Shown here piece after piece: positions 1-10,149 of a DNA stretch of 27,841 bases (the stretch's first letter is position 1; each line of letters starts with the position of its first letter). The notes under the pieces were generated by a model. It ran no database searches, was not told the DNA's origin, and was given only the letters and a program-made list of their open reading frames with translations. A program made the translations under genes and the position numbers. The stretch comes from a virus (lineage: Duplodnaviria > Caudoviricetes), in IMG/VR virus record IMGVR_UViG_3300027804_000186, positions 1 to 27,841 of that record; one strand, 5' to 3'.

Positions 1-808
1 TTGCGGTATTAATTGTTGTTGTATTACCACTAACTGTTAAATCACCCGTAACTGTAAGATTGTTGGCAATAACAACATTAGCTGGCAAACCAATTGTTAC
101 TGTAGCACTTTCGCTACCAGAACCACTAACGCTAATTTCGTTTGCTGTTCCAGCAATTGTTGCAATATAATTACCAGCTGTGTCTGTGCCGAGATCAATT
201 ACATCATTTACCCAAATTGAACCGTTATATTTAAGAAACTGTCCAGATGCGACAGTATTAGAAATAGAAACATTATGAAGCTCATCAATCTCATAACCAT
301 TTTGTGTAGCTACATAAACAATGCCATTGTTTGATGCACGAACAACAACGCCAATAAACACAAGATGGTCTGGGGCAATTGGTTTGACTGTTGTAAATAA
401 ACCATTATCTCCAAGCCATAAAACATCACCAACTGAATATCCCGTTGAGAGATCAACTCCATCAACATAACCACGAGTAACAACAGGACCATTTTGTGAT
501 GCTGCAATATTTGCAGCAACAATTCCAATTGTTTTTGAAGATGTTGTATCAGATGTATAGTCTGCTCTTTTAACAGAAGCATGATCACCAGTGCCTCCAA
601 AAAGATAAACAACAGTGCCTGTTGTTAATGTATTTGCTTCTGCATTTCTAACATACGAAACAAGTGGAATATGACTATTAACCCATTGTGTTCCGTTGTA
701 GCTTAAACCTTGAAATTCTTCAGGAGCAGAAATTGTAACATCGGTTAAACCACCGAGGGTATCTGCGTTTTCTGCTTCAGAGAGTAATGACCTGTTAAGA
801 TCAGGCAT
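1..808 (-). CDS. Tail fibre / virion structural protein (partial, runs off the window start)
   Basis: Hand-translated, not in the ORF track: ATG at 808 overlapping the upstream stop, MPDLNRSLLSEAENADTLGGLTDVTISAP...YNGTQWVN...DELHNVSIS...FLKYNGSIWVN...NLTVTGDLTVSGNTTTINT. The L-D-V..YNG.W-N repeats and LTVTGDLTV motifs are typical of phage fibre proteins. Confidence 0.75.
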   Translation of the reverse strand, partial: MPDLNRSLLSEAENADTLGGLTDVTISAPEEFQGLSYNGTQWVNSHIPLVSYVRNAEANTLTTGTVVYLFGGTGDHASVKRADYTSDTTSSKTIGIVAANIAASQNGPVVTRGYVDGVDLSTGYSVGDVLWLGDNGLFTTVKPIAPDHLVFIGVVVRASNNGIVYVATQNGYEIDELHNVSISNTVASGQFLKYNGSIWVNDVIDLGTDTAGNYIATIAGTANEISVSGSGSESATVTIGLPANVVIANNLTVTGDLTVSGNTTTINTA

Positions 809-1139
809 ACTCTACACCGCTAATCGTAAATGTTACTGCATTCGCTGTAACCTGTGTTGCATGAATTGAGCTATTAGCAGGTACGACTATTGATGTATTG
901 TAGAAAACAACATTATTTGCCAAAACATTAACATTGCTAATAATTCTGTTACTTGCAGAAACAGCTGCGCCATTAACGAGCAGATGAATACTACATACTG
1001 CATTTGATGAAGTCGTATTGCACAAATTAATGTTTTTAATAATTGAATAGTTACCAACAGTATTTGCTACTGAATAAACATTGGACCCAGCTCCAACATC
1101 AGAGCCTACATAAAAACTCTTAGGAATTAAATTAGCCAT
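801..1139 (-). CDS. Small beta-rich virion structural protein (hypothetical)
   Basis: 112-aa ORF rich in N/S/T/V, ending TISGVEYA, coupled to neighbours in the structural operon. Confidence 0.6.
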   Translation of the reverse strand: MANLIPKSFYVGSDVGAGSNVYSVANTVGNYSIIKNINLCNTTSSNAVCSIHLLVNGAAVSASNRIISNVNVLANNVVFYNTSIVVPANSSIHATQVTANAVTFTISGVEYA

Positions 1140-1481
1140 TTAGACCCCCATCCATACTAAAACTTCATTATCATAAGTTGTTGTATTCATATCTTGTATA
1201 ACTATTGCGTCAAGAACATGATCTACAAGTGCTCCAGAGTTATGAGCAACAGCAGTTGTGCCATCATATCCTCTTTGAGATACTGTAAAAACATTAGTTG
1301 ATCTAGACGAAATTAAAACTTTTTCTTCTGCAGCAACACCGCGATCAATAACTACAACAAAAGGATTACTACCGTTTGGATAAGTAGAACCGTCTACTAC
1401 TGTAAAAGAAGTTGCGGAATTAGACAATGAAGAAGCTAATGCTGTCTGCAATACTGCGCCGTTAAATTCTCTCCGCAACAT
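1140..1481 (-). CDS. Virion structural protein (hypothetical)
   Basis: 113 aa with the T.LA..L...ATS..V.D and RG.DGT.A.AH..GA.V motifs common in phage tail proteins; GGAG RBS upstream. Confidence 0.65.
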   Translation of the reverse strand: MLRREFNGAVLQTALASSLSNSATSFTVVDGSTYPNGSNPFVVVIDRGVAAEEKVLISSRSTNVFTVSQRGYDGTTAVAHNSGALVDHVLDAIVIQDMNTTTYDNEVLVWMGV

Positions 1482-1490
1482 GATATCTCC

Positions 1491-1874
1491 TTAATCTATG
1501 CTGATATCAAGATCGCCTGTAGCAATTCTTAAAGTATCTCCAGCATCTGTTGTTTTATTCGTAGTCAAAGTTCCATAGACAAGCATATTGCCTGATGTCA
1601 AAGCATCAAATACAGCAATAGCAACTGTTGTTGCAGCCGGCATTCCAGTAAAATCAATATTTGCGCTATTAGATGTTGCACCGCTTGATGCTGCTGTAAA
1701 AGTAGCTGTTTGGCGAGCATAACTTCCACCAGTAACTTCTGTTCCACCACCAGCATCTGTTGGGGCAACAGTAAATAATGCAATATAAACAGGAGATGGC
1801 ATAGTGTATGCCGTAGTCCCTAAAAAATGATCCAAAAGTTTATTTTCTAAATAATTTGTTAAATTGCCAGCCAT
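1491..1874 (-). CDS. Minor tail/fibre-associated structural protein
   Basis: 127 aa, motif LENKLLDH...VYIALFT..P.D.GGGTEV.GGSYARQ, a widespread phage structural family; GGAGG RBS. Confidence 0.7.
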   Translation of the reverse strand: MAGNLTNYLENKLLDHFLGTTAYTMPSPVYIALFTVAPTDAGGGTEVTGGSYARQTATFTAASSGATSNSANIDFTGMPAATTVAIAVFDALTSGNMLVYGTLTTNKTTDAGDTLRIATGDLDISID

Positions 1875-1877
1875 CTG

Positions 1878-2183
1878 TTAACCCTCCTGACTATTATAGT
1901 ATACTTCTTTTTCTTCATCACTAGGTAATCGGAAGTTTTGAAGTCTTAATAGCAAATTTGCTTCTTCGGCAGGTATTTCCGCCATTCTGTTTTCTTTTGA
2001 AAACTTTAAACCGCTTTTTGTAACATAACCAGCACCACTTTCAAAATAAACTAAAATATTAGTGTCTGAATTTGATTTGATTGTTTCTTGTTCTACATTT
2101 TCTTTTTTAACATTTTTTTTCACAGGTTGTTTTTTAAGTGGAGCAACATTTTCGCTTTTTACAATATTTTCTTCATTTGTCAT
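1878..2183 (-). CDS. Hypothetical protein downstream of the MCP
   Basis: 101-aa ORF in operon orientation. Confidence 0.65.
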   Translation of the reverse strand: MTNEENIVKSENVAPLKKQPVKKNVKKENVEQETIKSNSDTNILVYFESGAGYVTKSGLKFSKENRMAEIPAEEANLLLRLQNFRLPSDEEKEVYYNSQEG

Positions 2184-2230
2184 ATATATATCCTATCATC
2201 AATATGTAATTAAATCAATTATACACAATT

Positions 2231-2261
2231 ATGGCGGGGAGGTTTAACCCTGCCCCGCCAT
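2231..2261 (-). terminator. Stem-loop after the major capsid gene
   Basis: ATGGCGGGG...CCCCGCCAT inverted repeat ~20 nt past the MCP stop; only a weak T-tract follows. Confidence 0.6.
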
Positions 2262-2281
2262 TAATTGCTACCTAATTCAAA

Positions 2282-3322
2282 TTAGAGTGTACGAAGTTTT
2301 ACGTTCTTTGCAATAACATAGGATTCAAGATTTTCTACGTTAGCTGCAATTCGCATAAACTGAGTGTACTCAATTGAGTCAGTCTTTGGTTTAAATTGAC
2401 GATAGAGAGTAATATCGCGGTGAATACCAACAACTCGGTTGTTGGGGAATGTAAGCTCTACATAACCGTGATTACCTGCTGCGCCCGAATAGTCACCAGA
2501 AACTGTTTCTGGCATCAAAGGCACTTCAACTAGAGGAATGCCGTATGGCGACAATCCTGTTGCACCAAGTCCACCAGTGGATCTTACTCTGCCATTGAAG
2601 AAAGCATCATCACCAAAAGTTGAACCTGGCGATGGGGCTCCTGCTGTTGCTACTGTTGCCGAGTTTGGATTCTGAAGGCTGAAGGCTGTGTCTTGTACGA
2701 CTGCCGAACCTGTAAAGAATCTAAGCTCGTTACGGCGTTGCAAATATTTGTTTGGCATGTTGCGAAGAACTCTGTCGTATGATGCACGAGAAATGTTGTT
2801 TCCGCCCTCATCAACTACTGTTCCACCAGCCAAGGCCTTCTTAGTAAAACCATCAAGGGCTTTAAGAAGTGAGTTGCCTGAAGATGTGTTGCCACTAATC
2901 AACAAATCATCCAAATCGTTAGCTGTTTGACGAGCCATGATTTGAGCAAGGTGATCTTCAAGAGAAGCACCCTCAATGTTGTCTTCCAACGACTCAGTTG
3001 ACATAGCCCAATCAAGACGAAGCTTAACGCTTGTAAGAGTTACCTTTGTGAAGGTAACTGCTGCGTTTGTGCCGTCATCTGTGACTTCAGTTGCTTTTGC
3101 CAAAAGGCGAGTACCAACAGACACTTTGTCAATGTCCATTGATGGTGTGCGCATACGCACGACTCTTGAGTTTTGCATAAGGACAGATTGATCCACTACA
3201 AAATCAATAAACCTGTTTGATTGCGCTGGCGCAAGCAAACCATGTGAAGAAGTAATGCTGGTGCCTGCGCCTCCAGATGTTACTTCGTTAGCTTTTGCTA
3301 AAATTTCTTCTTGTGTTGCCAT
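2282..3322 (-). CDS. Major capsid protein (HK97 fold)
   Basis: Follows portal and protease; motifs GLLAPAQSNRFID, LRLDWAMSTESLEDNIEG, ANDLDDLLISG. Start moved to MATQEE (3322) because AAGGAGGA lies just upstream. Confidence 0.9.
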   Translation of the reverse strand: MATQEEILAKANEVTSGGAGTSITSSHGLLAPAQSNRFIDFVVDQSVLMQNSRVVRMRTPSMDIDKVSVGTRLLAKATEVTDDGTNAAVTFTKVTLTSVKLRLDWAMSTESLEDNIEGASLEDHLAQIMARQTANDLDDLLISGNTSSGNSLLKALDGFTKKALAGGTVVDEGGNNISRASYDRVLRNMPNKYLQRRNELRFFTGSAVVQDTAFSLQNPNSATVATAGAPSPGSTFGDDAFFNGRVRSTGGLGATGLSPYGIPLVEVPLMPETVSGDYSGAAGNHGYVELTFPNNRVVGIHRDITLYRQFKPKTDSIEYTQFMRIAANVENLESYVIAKNVKLRTL

Positions 3323-3341
3323 AGTAAATTTCCTCCTTACC

Positions 3342-4802
3342 TTATGACTTATAACCCAAAGACTCAATAAGGCTTTGGTCTAAATATACGTTTTTCCAGA
3401 ATGATTCTGGTTTGGCTTGTGATTTTGCAATCTTTTCGCCATCCTCATCGTCTTCAGGATCTACACTTTTCTTTACAGCTCCAGCGTGAGCAATTTGCTC
3501 AACTTTTGCTGTTTGCTCTTCAAGAGCAACTTCAGTTGCAGCCAGCTTTGCAGCCAGCTCTTCTTTCTGAACTTCAACGCTCTTGGTGACTTCTTCAATC
3601 TTAGCCGAAACACTTGCATCAACTTCCTCTTTGAAAGATTTTGCAAAATCAGTTAGCTTCTGATCAATTACTGCACCAAGTGCTTCTTTAAGAACTTCAA
3701 TATCCATTTCTTGTTCCTCCACTTGTTCAACACTAACTTCATCTTCAATCAAAGCTTCAGTTGCGTGATCGGACTTTTCCAGTCCTAAGTCTTCTTCTGG
3801 ATTATCAACAACCCAGTTAATAAATTTCTTAATTAAAGATAGTCTATTATCTGTCAATGTTTTTTCCATATGAATTACCTTATCATAGTTTACATCATTA
3901 TGCAATTCTTTTCCACCACTTTCAATTTCTTTTTCTGTATTTTCATTTTCTGATTTTTTCATATTTTTATATCTCTCCAATAACCTTCTTCCTTTTGCTG
4001 CTAAAGCAGCTGCATCTTCCGCATTTTGCGGAACAGGCTCACCCCAAGCTCTTGCTGATAAAGCAAGCCTTGTTGGTCTACCTTTAGAATCTTTCATCGG
4101 TCCAGATGGGTTTGTAAAAAATCTTGTTAAAAATGACCCTTTACGGCGCATTTTTTCAGGAGTATCAGCTGGCCCTTTGACACCTGGTTTTAGGTTTGCC
4201 CCTTCGGTTTGCTTAAAGTGCCTTCTGCCGGCAGCAGTCAACCCGCCTTTAGGGTCTTTCAACGGAGCCTTTTTTGCTTTTTCAAAATCTGGGTCAAGAA
4301 CATAATCCAAATTGCCTTCTACATTTCTTTTTACAAGATCAATTGTTGCAAGAGCATTCGCTGGATTATCAACAAGACTTAATTCGCCCAACTCGTATTC
4401 CTTAATAACATTAATTGGTCTATTGTTATGAAGTTTTCCAGCAAGAATTTCTTTTTTCATAATTTTTCCGCCAATAGAAAAAGCACGAAGAGTTCCATCA
4501 AGAATTTTTTGCCAAGTAGACTCAGCACCTTTTGAAATATAAGCCTCTACTTCAATAGCGTTATATTCTCTACCGTCAGCATCTTTCATTTTAATTGGCT
4601 TATAGCTGATAGCTTTCCCAACAGCAATTGGAGCATGCATCTCTCTGATATTTCCTTGCCAGTTTTTGAAAGCAATTTCTGACGCAGCAAAATCAACAAC
4701 ATCATTTGATTTGTCAACATTGTCTGCCGTAGCAATGCCGGAAACTATTCGTTGTTCTTTTTTAATCATGCTGATTGGAAAAGAAAAATTAAGATTATCC
4801 AT
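3342..4802 (-). CDS. Prohead protease / scaffold fusion with an inserted basic domain
   Basis: N-terminal HK97-type protease motifs (RIVSGIAT, IREMH, AFSIGG, ELSLVDNPAN); central basic insert (LKDPKGGLTAAGR..., resembles DUF6321 from memory); acidic coiled-coil C-terminus; lies between portal and MCP. Confidence 0.85.
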   Translation of the reverse strand: MDNLNFSFPISMIKKEQRIVSGIATADNVDKSNDVVDFAASEIAFKNWQGNIREMHAPIAVGKAISYKPIKMKDADGREYNAIEVEAYISKGAESTWQKILDGTLRAFSIGGKIMKKEILAGKLHNNRPINVIKEYELGELSLVDNPANALATIDLVKRNVEGNLDYVLDPDFEKAKKAPLKDPKGGLTAAGRRHFKQTEGANLKPGVKGPADTPEKMRRKGSFLTRFFTNPSGPMKDSKGRPTRLALSARAWGEPVPQNAEDAAALAAKGRRLLERYKNMKKSENENTEKEIESGGKELHNDVNYDKVIHMEKTLTDNRLSLIKKFINWVVDNPEEDLGLEKSDHATEALIEDEVSVEQVEEQEMDIEVLKEALGAVIDQKLTDFAKSFKEEVDASVSAKIEEVTKSVEVQKEELAAKLAATEVALEEQTAKVEQIAHAGAVKKSVDPEDDEDGEKIAKSQAKPESFWKNVYLDQSLIESLGYKS

Positions 4803-4846
4803 ATGTATTATCTTACAGTATATTATATTATTTTAATATATGCAAA

Positions 4847-5122
4847 TTAAGCAACAGCATATACTGCCAAAGTAACTCCAGCAGTCATAATTTGAAATTT
4901 AGTGTAATCACCTTCTATTTCAACATAGCCTCCACCGCCATCTTTGGCTGGGATAATCACTTCATGCGGACCGCCATTTAATTTTACAGTTGCCGCTGTA
5001 GTTGCATGGGTGTTGTAGAAATGAATACAACTAGTATGTGCGTTTAAAGAAACAACCCCGCCAGTACCGCTTGCGCTAGTAGCTGCGGTGTTGGAATAAA
5101 CAATTCCGTTTTGGTAACTCAT
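4847..5122 (-). CDS. Small head-associated hypothetical protein
   Basis: 91 aa, overlaps the portal stop, GGAGG RBS. Confidence 0.7.
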   Translation of the reverse strand: MSYQNGIVYSNTAATSASGTGGVVSLNAHTSCIHFYNTHATTAATVKLNGGPHEVIIPAKDGGGGYVEIEGDYTKFQIMTAGVTLAVYAVA

Positions 5123-6729
5123 TCAGAACCTCCTGTGGTATCTTGTACTTCGCCTCTCTCGGCTTGGTCCCCAGATTCTCGCGGGTCTGAAGAGCCTTCT
5201 GGCGTATCAGAACGAGCATTACGGGGTTGAGCTGAGATGTTATTAGAATTTCCAACCGGAGCTCCTGGCCCAGATTGTTCTTTCTTAATTTTTGTTGGGA
5301 ACGGTAAAGGCGCATCTCCGTCTGCTCTTTCGGGCAAACCAAGTGTTGAGCGAACTTCGTTTGGTGACAAAATTTCCGTTCTTAAATATCTATCATTAAT
5401 TCTAGATTGAATATCTTCATCAATCAAATCAATACGTTTAAATCTAAATTCAAGCAAATCTGAAAATTCAGCAATAATCCTATTTAATCTTTTTTCAATA
5501 ATAGCTTGATCAGGTCCAATAACTTGAGTTTTAAAAGTTTTATCAGCATCGCGGGAAACTGCAAGGTTAGCATTATCATAAACTCCAACTTTTGGAGCCG
5601 GGACCCTGTTGGCTACCAAAATCTCATCACGATTACTCTTACGGTATTTATCAAAAGAAGAATCTTGCACACCTGCTTCAAGTTTTTCAAACCGAATATC
5701 ACTATCCGAACCTATAGATGAAGGTATTGGAATAACCAAAGTCCCATGATTGCGACCTTTTACTTCTTTTCTAAAATAATTAATTAATTCTTGTTTTGAT
5801 TTATTGCTAAGTTTTGCACCCTTAAGCACAATTGCATAACGAGGAATTGCTTTATTTTCAAAATAATCAATATTGTACTCTTTAGCAAATTTATCACCAA
5901 CAATAGCAGCTGCTGCAGAAACAGAAGATGGAATACCGTAATATGTATTTTTGGGAGAATATGTCTTAAAATGAATTATTTCATTAGGAACAGGGTCGTT
6001 GTTAATTGGGTCTGGCGTTTCTTTATCTCCATAATTTCTAAAATAAACTGCAGTTATTTTATTACTATTTGCAATTTGCACATAACCATCTCTTTTTCTT
6101 CTAACGCGAACAAGAGTACCTGGAATATGTCCAATATAACCGATTTCTCCAAGATTGTTGCGACCAATCTCCATATATCCGTTTCCCATAGTTAAAACAT
6201 CTTGCCAAATTTTTATCATTGTTTCCAAAAAAGTTTCTTCAATATTTACATTTTCAAAAATCTCTTCTAATCTTTCTTTTTCTTCTTGAAAAGCCTTGCG
6301 AATTCTATATCTTTTTTCTTCATCATCAGAAGCTTTTTCTATTTTTCTTTTTGCTTTCATATTCTCTACAAACTCAAAACCAAGCCCAACTGTATTCATA
6401 ACTCTTGCAGAAACTGACGCATTATGAATTGCACTTGAATCATAAAGCCCAGCCAAAACATCTAAATCATATGGCGGAGACACAACATCATAAAGCGTAT
6501 ATCCATCTAAAGTTAAAGGATCAATCCATTTAGATTTTGTACCATCAACGCCTTCAAACTTTTTTGAAAGTTTGTTGACTTTCCTTTTCATTTTTACAGA
6601 AAGATTTTCAAAATTAACTTTCATAAATGGATCATCTGCAGTAATTTCGGAATCGTGAGGATAATAGGATAAATCGTCAATCTCATTATTAACTATTTCA
6701 TCTTCAACATGATAAGTTTTCTTTTCCAT
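5119..6729 (-). CDS. Portal protein (HK97/PBSX-like)
   Basis: 536 aa; motifs GNGYMEI, EIIHFK...YYGIP, YFEN.AIP, ILVANRVP, ILSPNEVR..LGLP. Confidence 0.92.
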   Translation of the reverse strand: MEKKTYHVEDEIVNNEIDDLSYYPHDSEITADDPFMKVNFENLSVKMKRKVNKLSKKFEGVDGTKSKWIDPLTLDGYTLYDVVSPPYDLDVLAGLYDSSAIHNASVSARVMNTVGLGFEFVENMKAKRKIEKASDDEEKRYRIRKAFQEEKERLEEIFENVNIEETFLETMIKIWQDVLTMGNGYMEIGRNNLGEIGYIGHIPGTLVRVRRKRDGYVQIANSNKITAVYFRNYGDKETPDPINNDPVPNEIIHFKTYSPKNTYYGIPSSVSAAAAIVGDKFAKEYNIDYFENKAIPRYAIVLKGAKLSNKSKQELINYFRKEVKGRNHGTLVIPIPSSIGSDSDIRFEKLEAGVQDSSFDKYRKSNRDEILVANRVPAPKVGVYDNANLAVSRDADKTFKTQVIGPDQAIIEKRLNRIIAEFSDLLEFRFKRIDLIDEDIQSRINDRYLRTEILSPNEVRSTLGLPERADGDAPLPFPTKIKKEQSGPGAPVGNSNNISAQPRNARSDTPEGSSDPRESGDQAERGEVQDTTGGSE

Positions 6730-6731
6730 CT

Positions 6732-7061
6732 TTACCTCTTTTCTAAATTATCAAAATCATCTTCAAATGGATCTGGGATTAAACCATCGTACATTCTTGC
6801 TATTTGATCTTCTCTTTCTGACTGACTTACTTTTCTTGCTCCATGAATCCAAGCAACATAACCCTCTTCACTCCCAGACCAATATTTACCGGCTTCAGCA
6901 ACTTTTTTTTCAATATTTGGATCATCAACAAAACCTTCTGCAGATAAAGCATTGCCATCTGCATCCATTAAAGCTTTTCCGTTAGGCAAAACCCAAATAC
7001 ACACCCCCCAAGTTCGTGGGGGTACCCAAATTTTTTGTTTTTTAACAACATCAAGTTCCAT
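6732..7061 (-). CDS. Hypothetical protein upstream of portal
   Basis: 109-aa ORF with a TATACT -10 box about 10 nt upstream. Confidence 0.7.
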   Translation of the reverse strand: MELDVVKKQKIWVPPRTWGVCIWVLPNGKALMDADGNALSAEGFVDDPNIEKKVAEAGKYWSGSEEGYVAWIHGARKVSQSEREDQIARMYDGLIPDPFEDDFDNLEKR

Positions 7062-7131
7062 TTAGATACAAGTATACACGATTTTCGTTAAATAGTGTAC
7101 ATTTTTTTCTTTAAAACGTTCTTTTTGGTTA

Positions 7132-9060
7132 TTAACGAATCGGACAAGCACCAGTTGAGCATTCATCAAGTTCTAACATTAAACCAGATGGCATCTGTTG
7201 TATCTCTACAGAAAAATCTAACTTAGATAATATTTTATTATATTCATCTTTTGTTATTTCTTCATATGGAGGCAATAAAAAGTTATGCTCTACATGTAAT
7301 AAAAATGATACCGACTTAATACCGTTGTTATAATTTTTGCTTAACCATTGTTTTATGTCAGATAATTCTTCTTTTCTATAATACACAGTCACAGAAACGG
7401 CATTGTCAGCCCAAATAGTTTGCATTTTTTTAACCCATTCAAGTTGTTCTACTGCTGTCATATTTTTTGCCAAAACAGAACCCTCAGGAGATTCACAAGG
7501 AAACTCAACGACATATTTGGTATGATCTTCTCTGCCATCAATACCAACATCCCAAACAACCTTATATCCTCTTTTACGACACAAAGCAACTAGAGGGTCA
7601 ACAGAGCTAAAACGAACCCTACGAATATAGTAGCGAGCAAAAGCAGGATGTATTCCGGGAGTTACTCCTGCAAGCAATGAAAGTGTACCAGAAGGTTGAA
7701 CTGTTGTTAACCTAATTGAATTATTCCAATTTTTTTCTTTACTATATTTTTTATCATATTCTTTAAGAAAAGAATAAACTTCAGAAAGCCAATTAATTTT
7801 TTCTTCAGAACATTGTAAAATGCCAGTAACTGATTGACCAAGCCTAGCGTTTTTATGAACAATTGTGTTTGTTTTTTCATACGGATAAGAAAGCCTAGTT
7901 ACTTGTTTTTGAATCATGTAAAGAAGTTTTGAAATTTCTTTGAATTGCTCAATAGACTCAACATTGGGTAAAAATATTGTTGCTAAATTACAAGATTCCC
8001 CGTCAGCAAGAGCAATTTCGGCACAAGGGTTAAACCCATCTATTGATGGATCCAAAGATTTTTCACCAAGCCTTCCATAATTTCTAGCAAGTTTTCTATT
8101 AACCAAACCATATGGTTCTCCAGAGCCATCATAACCTTTCCACAACTCTGGCATAATTTCATCGTATGAGTCAGCATAAATTGAATTATTGCTGTTTGCT
8201 CTCCATCCAGGCACATTTCCAGATGACCAGTTTTTAGCCCTTAAAAACAAAACATCGTCAGGATCACCAATTGCAATTTGAGCCGAGCGCCTAGACGACC
8301 CAGACACAACAACTCTTCCAATAATATTGCAAATATCTAAAACATCAATTGAACGAAGTTTTTTACCAACTCTTTCATTTAAGATATTACAAATATCAGT
8401 AATGCCATCAACCAAAGCACCAGGGCCAGATGCTGTACCGCCAAATGTTTTGACTGGTGCTCCAAACTCACGAATTAAAATAGTTGAGTATGTAAAAGAT
8501 TTCCCAGTAACAAAATAAGATTCAAGGACTTTGTGTAGCAATTCTCTCCAACCTTGTCTTGAATCAGGAATAATAAAATCAGCATCGTTACTTCTTTCTG
8601 ATTTAATATACAAAACTTGTTTTACTTTTGGCAAATCATGAATTTTTGAACGCTCTACTGAGAAACCAACACCGCCACCAAGCATCAAGTAATCAAACAA
8701 CAATTCAAAGTCTTCAATTTTTTCAATATTTGTAAAAAAACAATTATTTAAAGATGTCCCAGAAAATTTTTGAACTAAAGGTGTTCCAAGTTGCCAAAGC
8801 GATCTGCCAGCAACACTACATCTTAAATTAAACATATGATCAAACAAAGACTCTGCTTCTTCTTTTGTAAAAGGAACTCCAATTTCAACAGCTCCATTTA
8901 TAACTCTAGACAAAGTTTCAACCCAAGTTTCGTTTCTCTCAGAACCTTCAACTTTTCGGCTATAGGTTCGCATATAAACAACTTCACCAAGACCACCAAA
9001 ACCCCACGGTGCTTGTTTTTTTGTATATGGCAATAAAAACTCAGCAGACAAAATAGACAT
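7132..9060 (-). CDS. nrdJ: Class II adenosylcobalamin-dependent ribonucleotide reductase (monomeric RTPR type)
   Basis: RTYSR, GR.LW, LNNC, GGGVGFS, RRSA, NPCAEI (catalytic Cys), CNL, TTVQPSGT and C-terminal ECSTGACPIR cysteine pair. Confidence 0.93.
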   Translation of the reverse strand: MSILSAEFLLPYTKKQAPWGFGGLGEVVYMRTYSRKVEGSERNETWVETLSRVINGAVEIGVPFTKEEAESLFDHMFNLRCSVAGRSLWQLGTPLVQKFSGTSLNNCFFTNIEKIEDFELLFDYLMLGGGVGFSVERSKIHDLPKVKQVLYIKSERSNDADFIIPDSRQGWRELLHKVLESYFVTGKSFTYSTILIREFGAPVKTFGGTASGPGALVDGITDICNILNERVGKKLRSIDVLDICNIIGRVVVSGSSRRSAQIAIGDPDDVLFLRAKNWSSGNVPGWRANSNNSIYADSYDEIMPELWKGYDGSGEPYGLVNRKLARNYGRLGEKSLDPSIDGFNPCAEIALADGESCNLATIFLPNVESIEQFKEISKLLYMIQKQVTRLSYPYEKTNTIVHKNARLGQSVTGILQCSEEKINWLSEVYSFLKEYDKKYSKEKNWNNSIRLTTVQPSGTLSLLAGVTPGIHPAFARYYIRRVRFSSVDPLVALCRKRGYKVVWDVGIDGREDHTKYVVEFPCESPEGSVLAKNMTAVEQLEWVKKMQTIWADNAVSVTVYYRKEELSDIKQWLSKNYNNGIKSVSFLLHVEHNFLLPPYEEITKDEYNKILSKLDFSVEIQQMPSGLMLELDECSTGACPIR

Positions 9061-9123
9061 TTAACCTCCAATAATTGTAATTAATAAGTTTACCACTTTA
9101 AAAAATATAAAGACTTAATTTTA

Positions 9124-10143
9124 CTAGGGCTTAATTATTGAATTTTCAAAAAACTCAATACGCTCAATGACTTTATCAGCAATTGCAGCCCAAGATTGTT
9201 CTTTGTGAATTATTTTTGCAGACTTAATTGTGTATTTTTTAAATTCATCATAATGATCTACAACATTTTCCATTAACTCAATAAGATTTTCTAAATTAGG
9301 ATACGCCCATTGCCCGGTATCTTCACCATAAAAATTATTATTCCAAGAAGCTTCTCCATAAGTAGATTCTAGTGGAATTGAATAGTGAGCAAAATCTTTA
9401 CACCCTGTTGCGTTTGTGACAATTGTAGGCATACCTGTTGCTATTGCTTCAAAAGGAATCATTCCAAACCCTTCACCCATTGTTGGATAAATCATGCAAT
9501 GACATTTGTGATATAAGGCAACTAAGTCTTCAGTAGATAGATCATAAGATATTCCAATAATTTGAGGATGTTGAGTTGCTGGAACAAGTTTTCCATCAAC
9601 ATAAGCTTCTGCCAAACAAAAATTGTTATATTTTAATATTAACCTAAAATCATTGTCGCCTTCGTATAAATCTAAAAAAGCATCTACTGCCATTTGAGCA
9701 TTTTTCCTTTTACTGTCTCCACCAACATGAAGAAAGTTAAAAGTTTTAGTAATTTCTCTGTCAATAATTTTAAATTCTGGGTTGATTCCGTGAGGAATAA
9801 CGTGAACATTTGTATGAACTTTATTTTCCAAATAAATATCTTTAACAAAATTAGATGTCGCCCAAATCTCATCTTGAATTTGCATATTAAATTTCCAACC
9901 ATTTGGAATTTTTGTAGATTCCCAAGGGGTGTATCCAACTTTGTAATAATTTCCAGATTGATAATAATAAGGCTGGCAAAAATTAATGTGATATGGAATA
10001 TCGTTTTTGTTATAAAAAACTGCAACTTCTTTTTCACGAAGAGCAGCAATTAGTTGAAGTGCGGCAATGCTGTACCCTTGAGAGTACCAATTAACACCGC
10101 TAACATCTTTAGCGCTAGGCGTAAACCAACTAATTTTTTTCAT
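9124..10143 (-). CDS. Glycosyltransferase, GT4 / GT-B fold
   Basis: WEST, VIPHG, RKN and YPTMGEGFGMIPFEAIATGMP (E-x7-E) motifs. Confidence 0.88.
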   Translation of the reverse strand: MKKISWFTPSAKDVSGVNWYSQGYSIAALQLIAALREKEVAVFYNKNDIPYHINFCQPYYYQSGNYYKVGYTPWESTKIPNGWKFNMQIQDEIWATSNFVKDIYLENKVHTNVHVIPHGINPEFKIIDREITKTFNFLHVGGDSKRKNAQMAVDAFLDLYEGDNDFRLILKYNNFCLAEAYVDGKLVPATQHPQIIGISYDLSTEDLVALYHKCHCMIYPTMGEGFGMIPFEAIATGMPTIVTNATGCKDFAHYSIPLESTYGEASWNNNFYGEDTGQWAYPNLENLIELMENVVDHYDEFKKYTIKSAKIIHKEQSWAAIADKVIERIEFFENSIIKP

Positions 10144-10149
10144 TAATGA

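Noticed and set aside
310-612. 100-aa minus-strand ORF in the track
   Set aside because: Alternative frame inside the tail-fibre gene; Leu/Gln-rich shadow translation.
1598-10053. Short overlapping or antisense ORFs within structural, nrdJ and GT genes
   Set aside because: They lie within well-supported longer genes and have no motifs or RBS.
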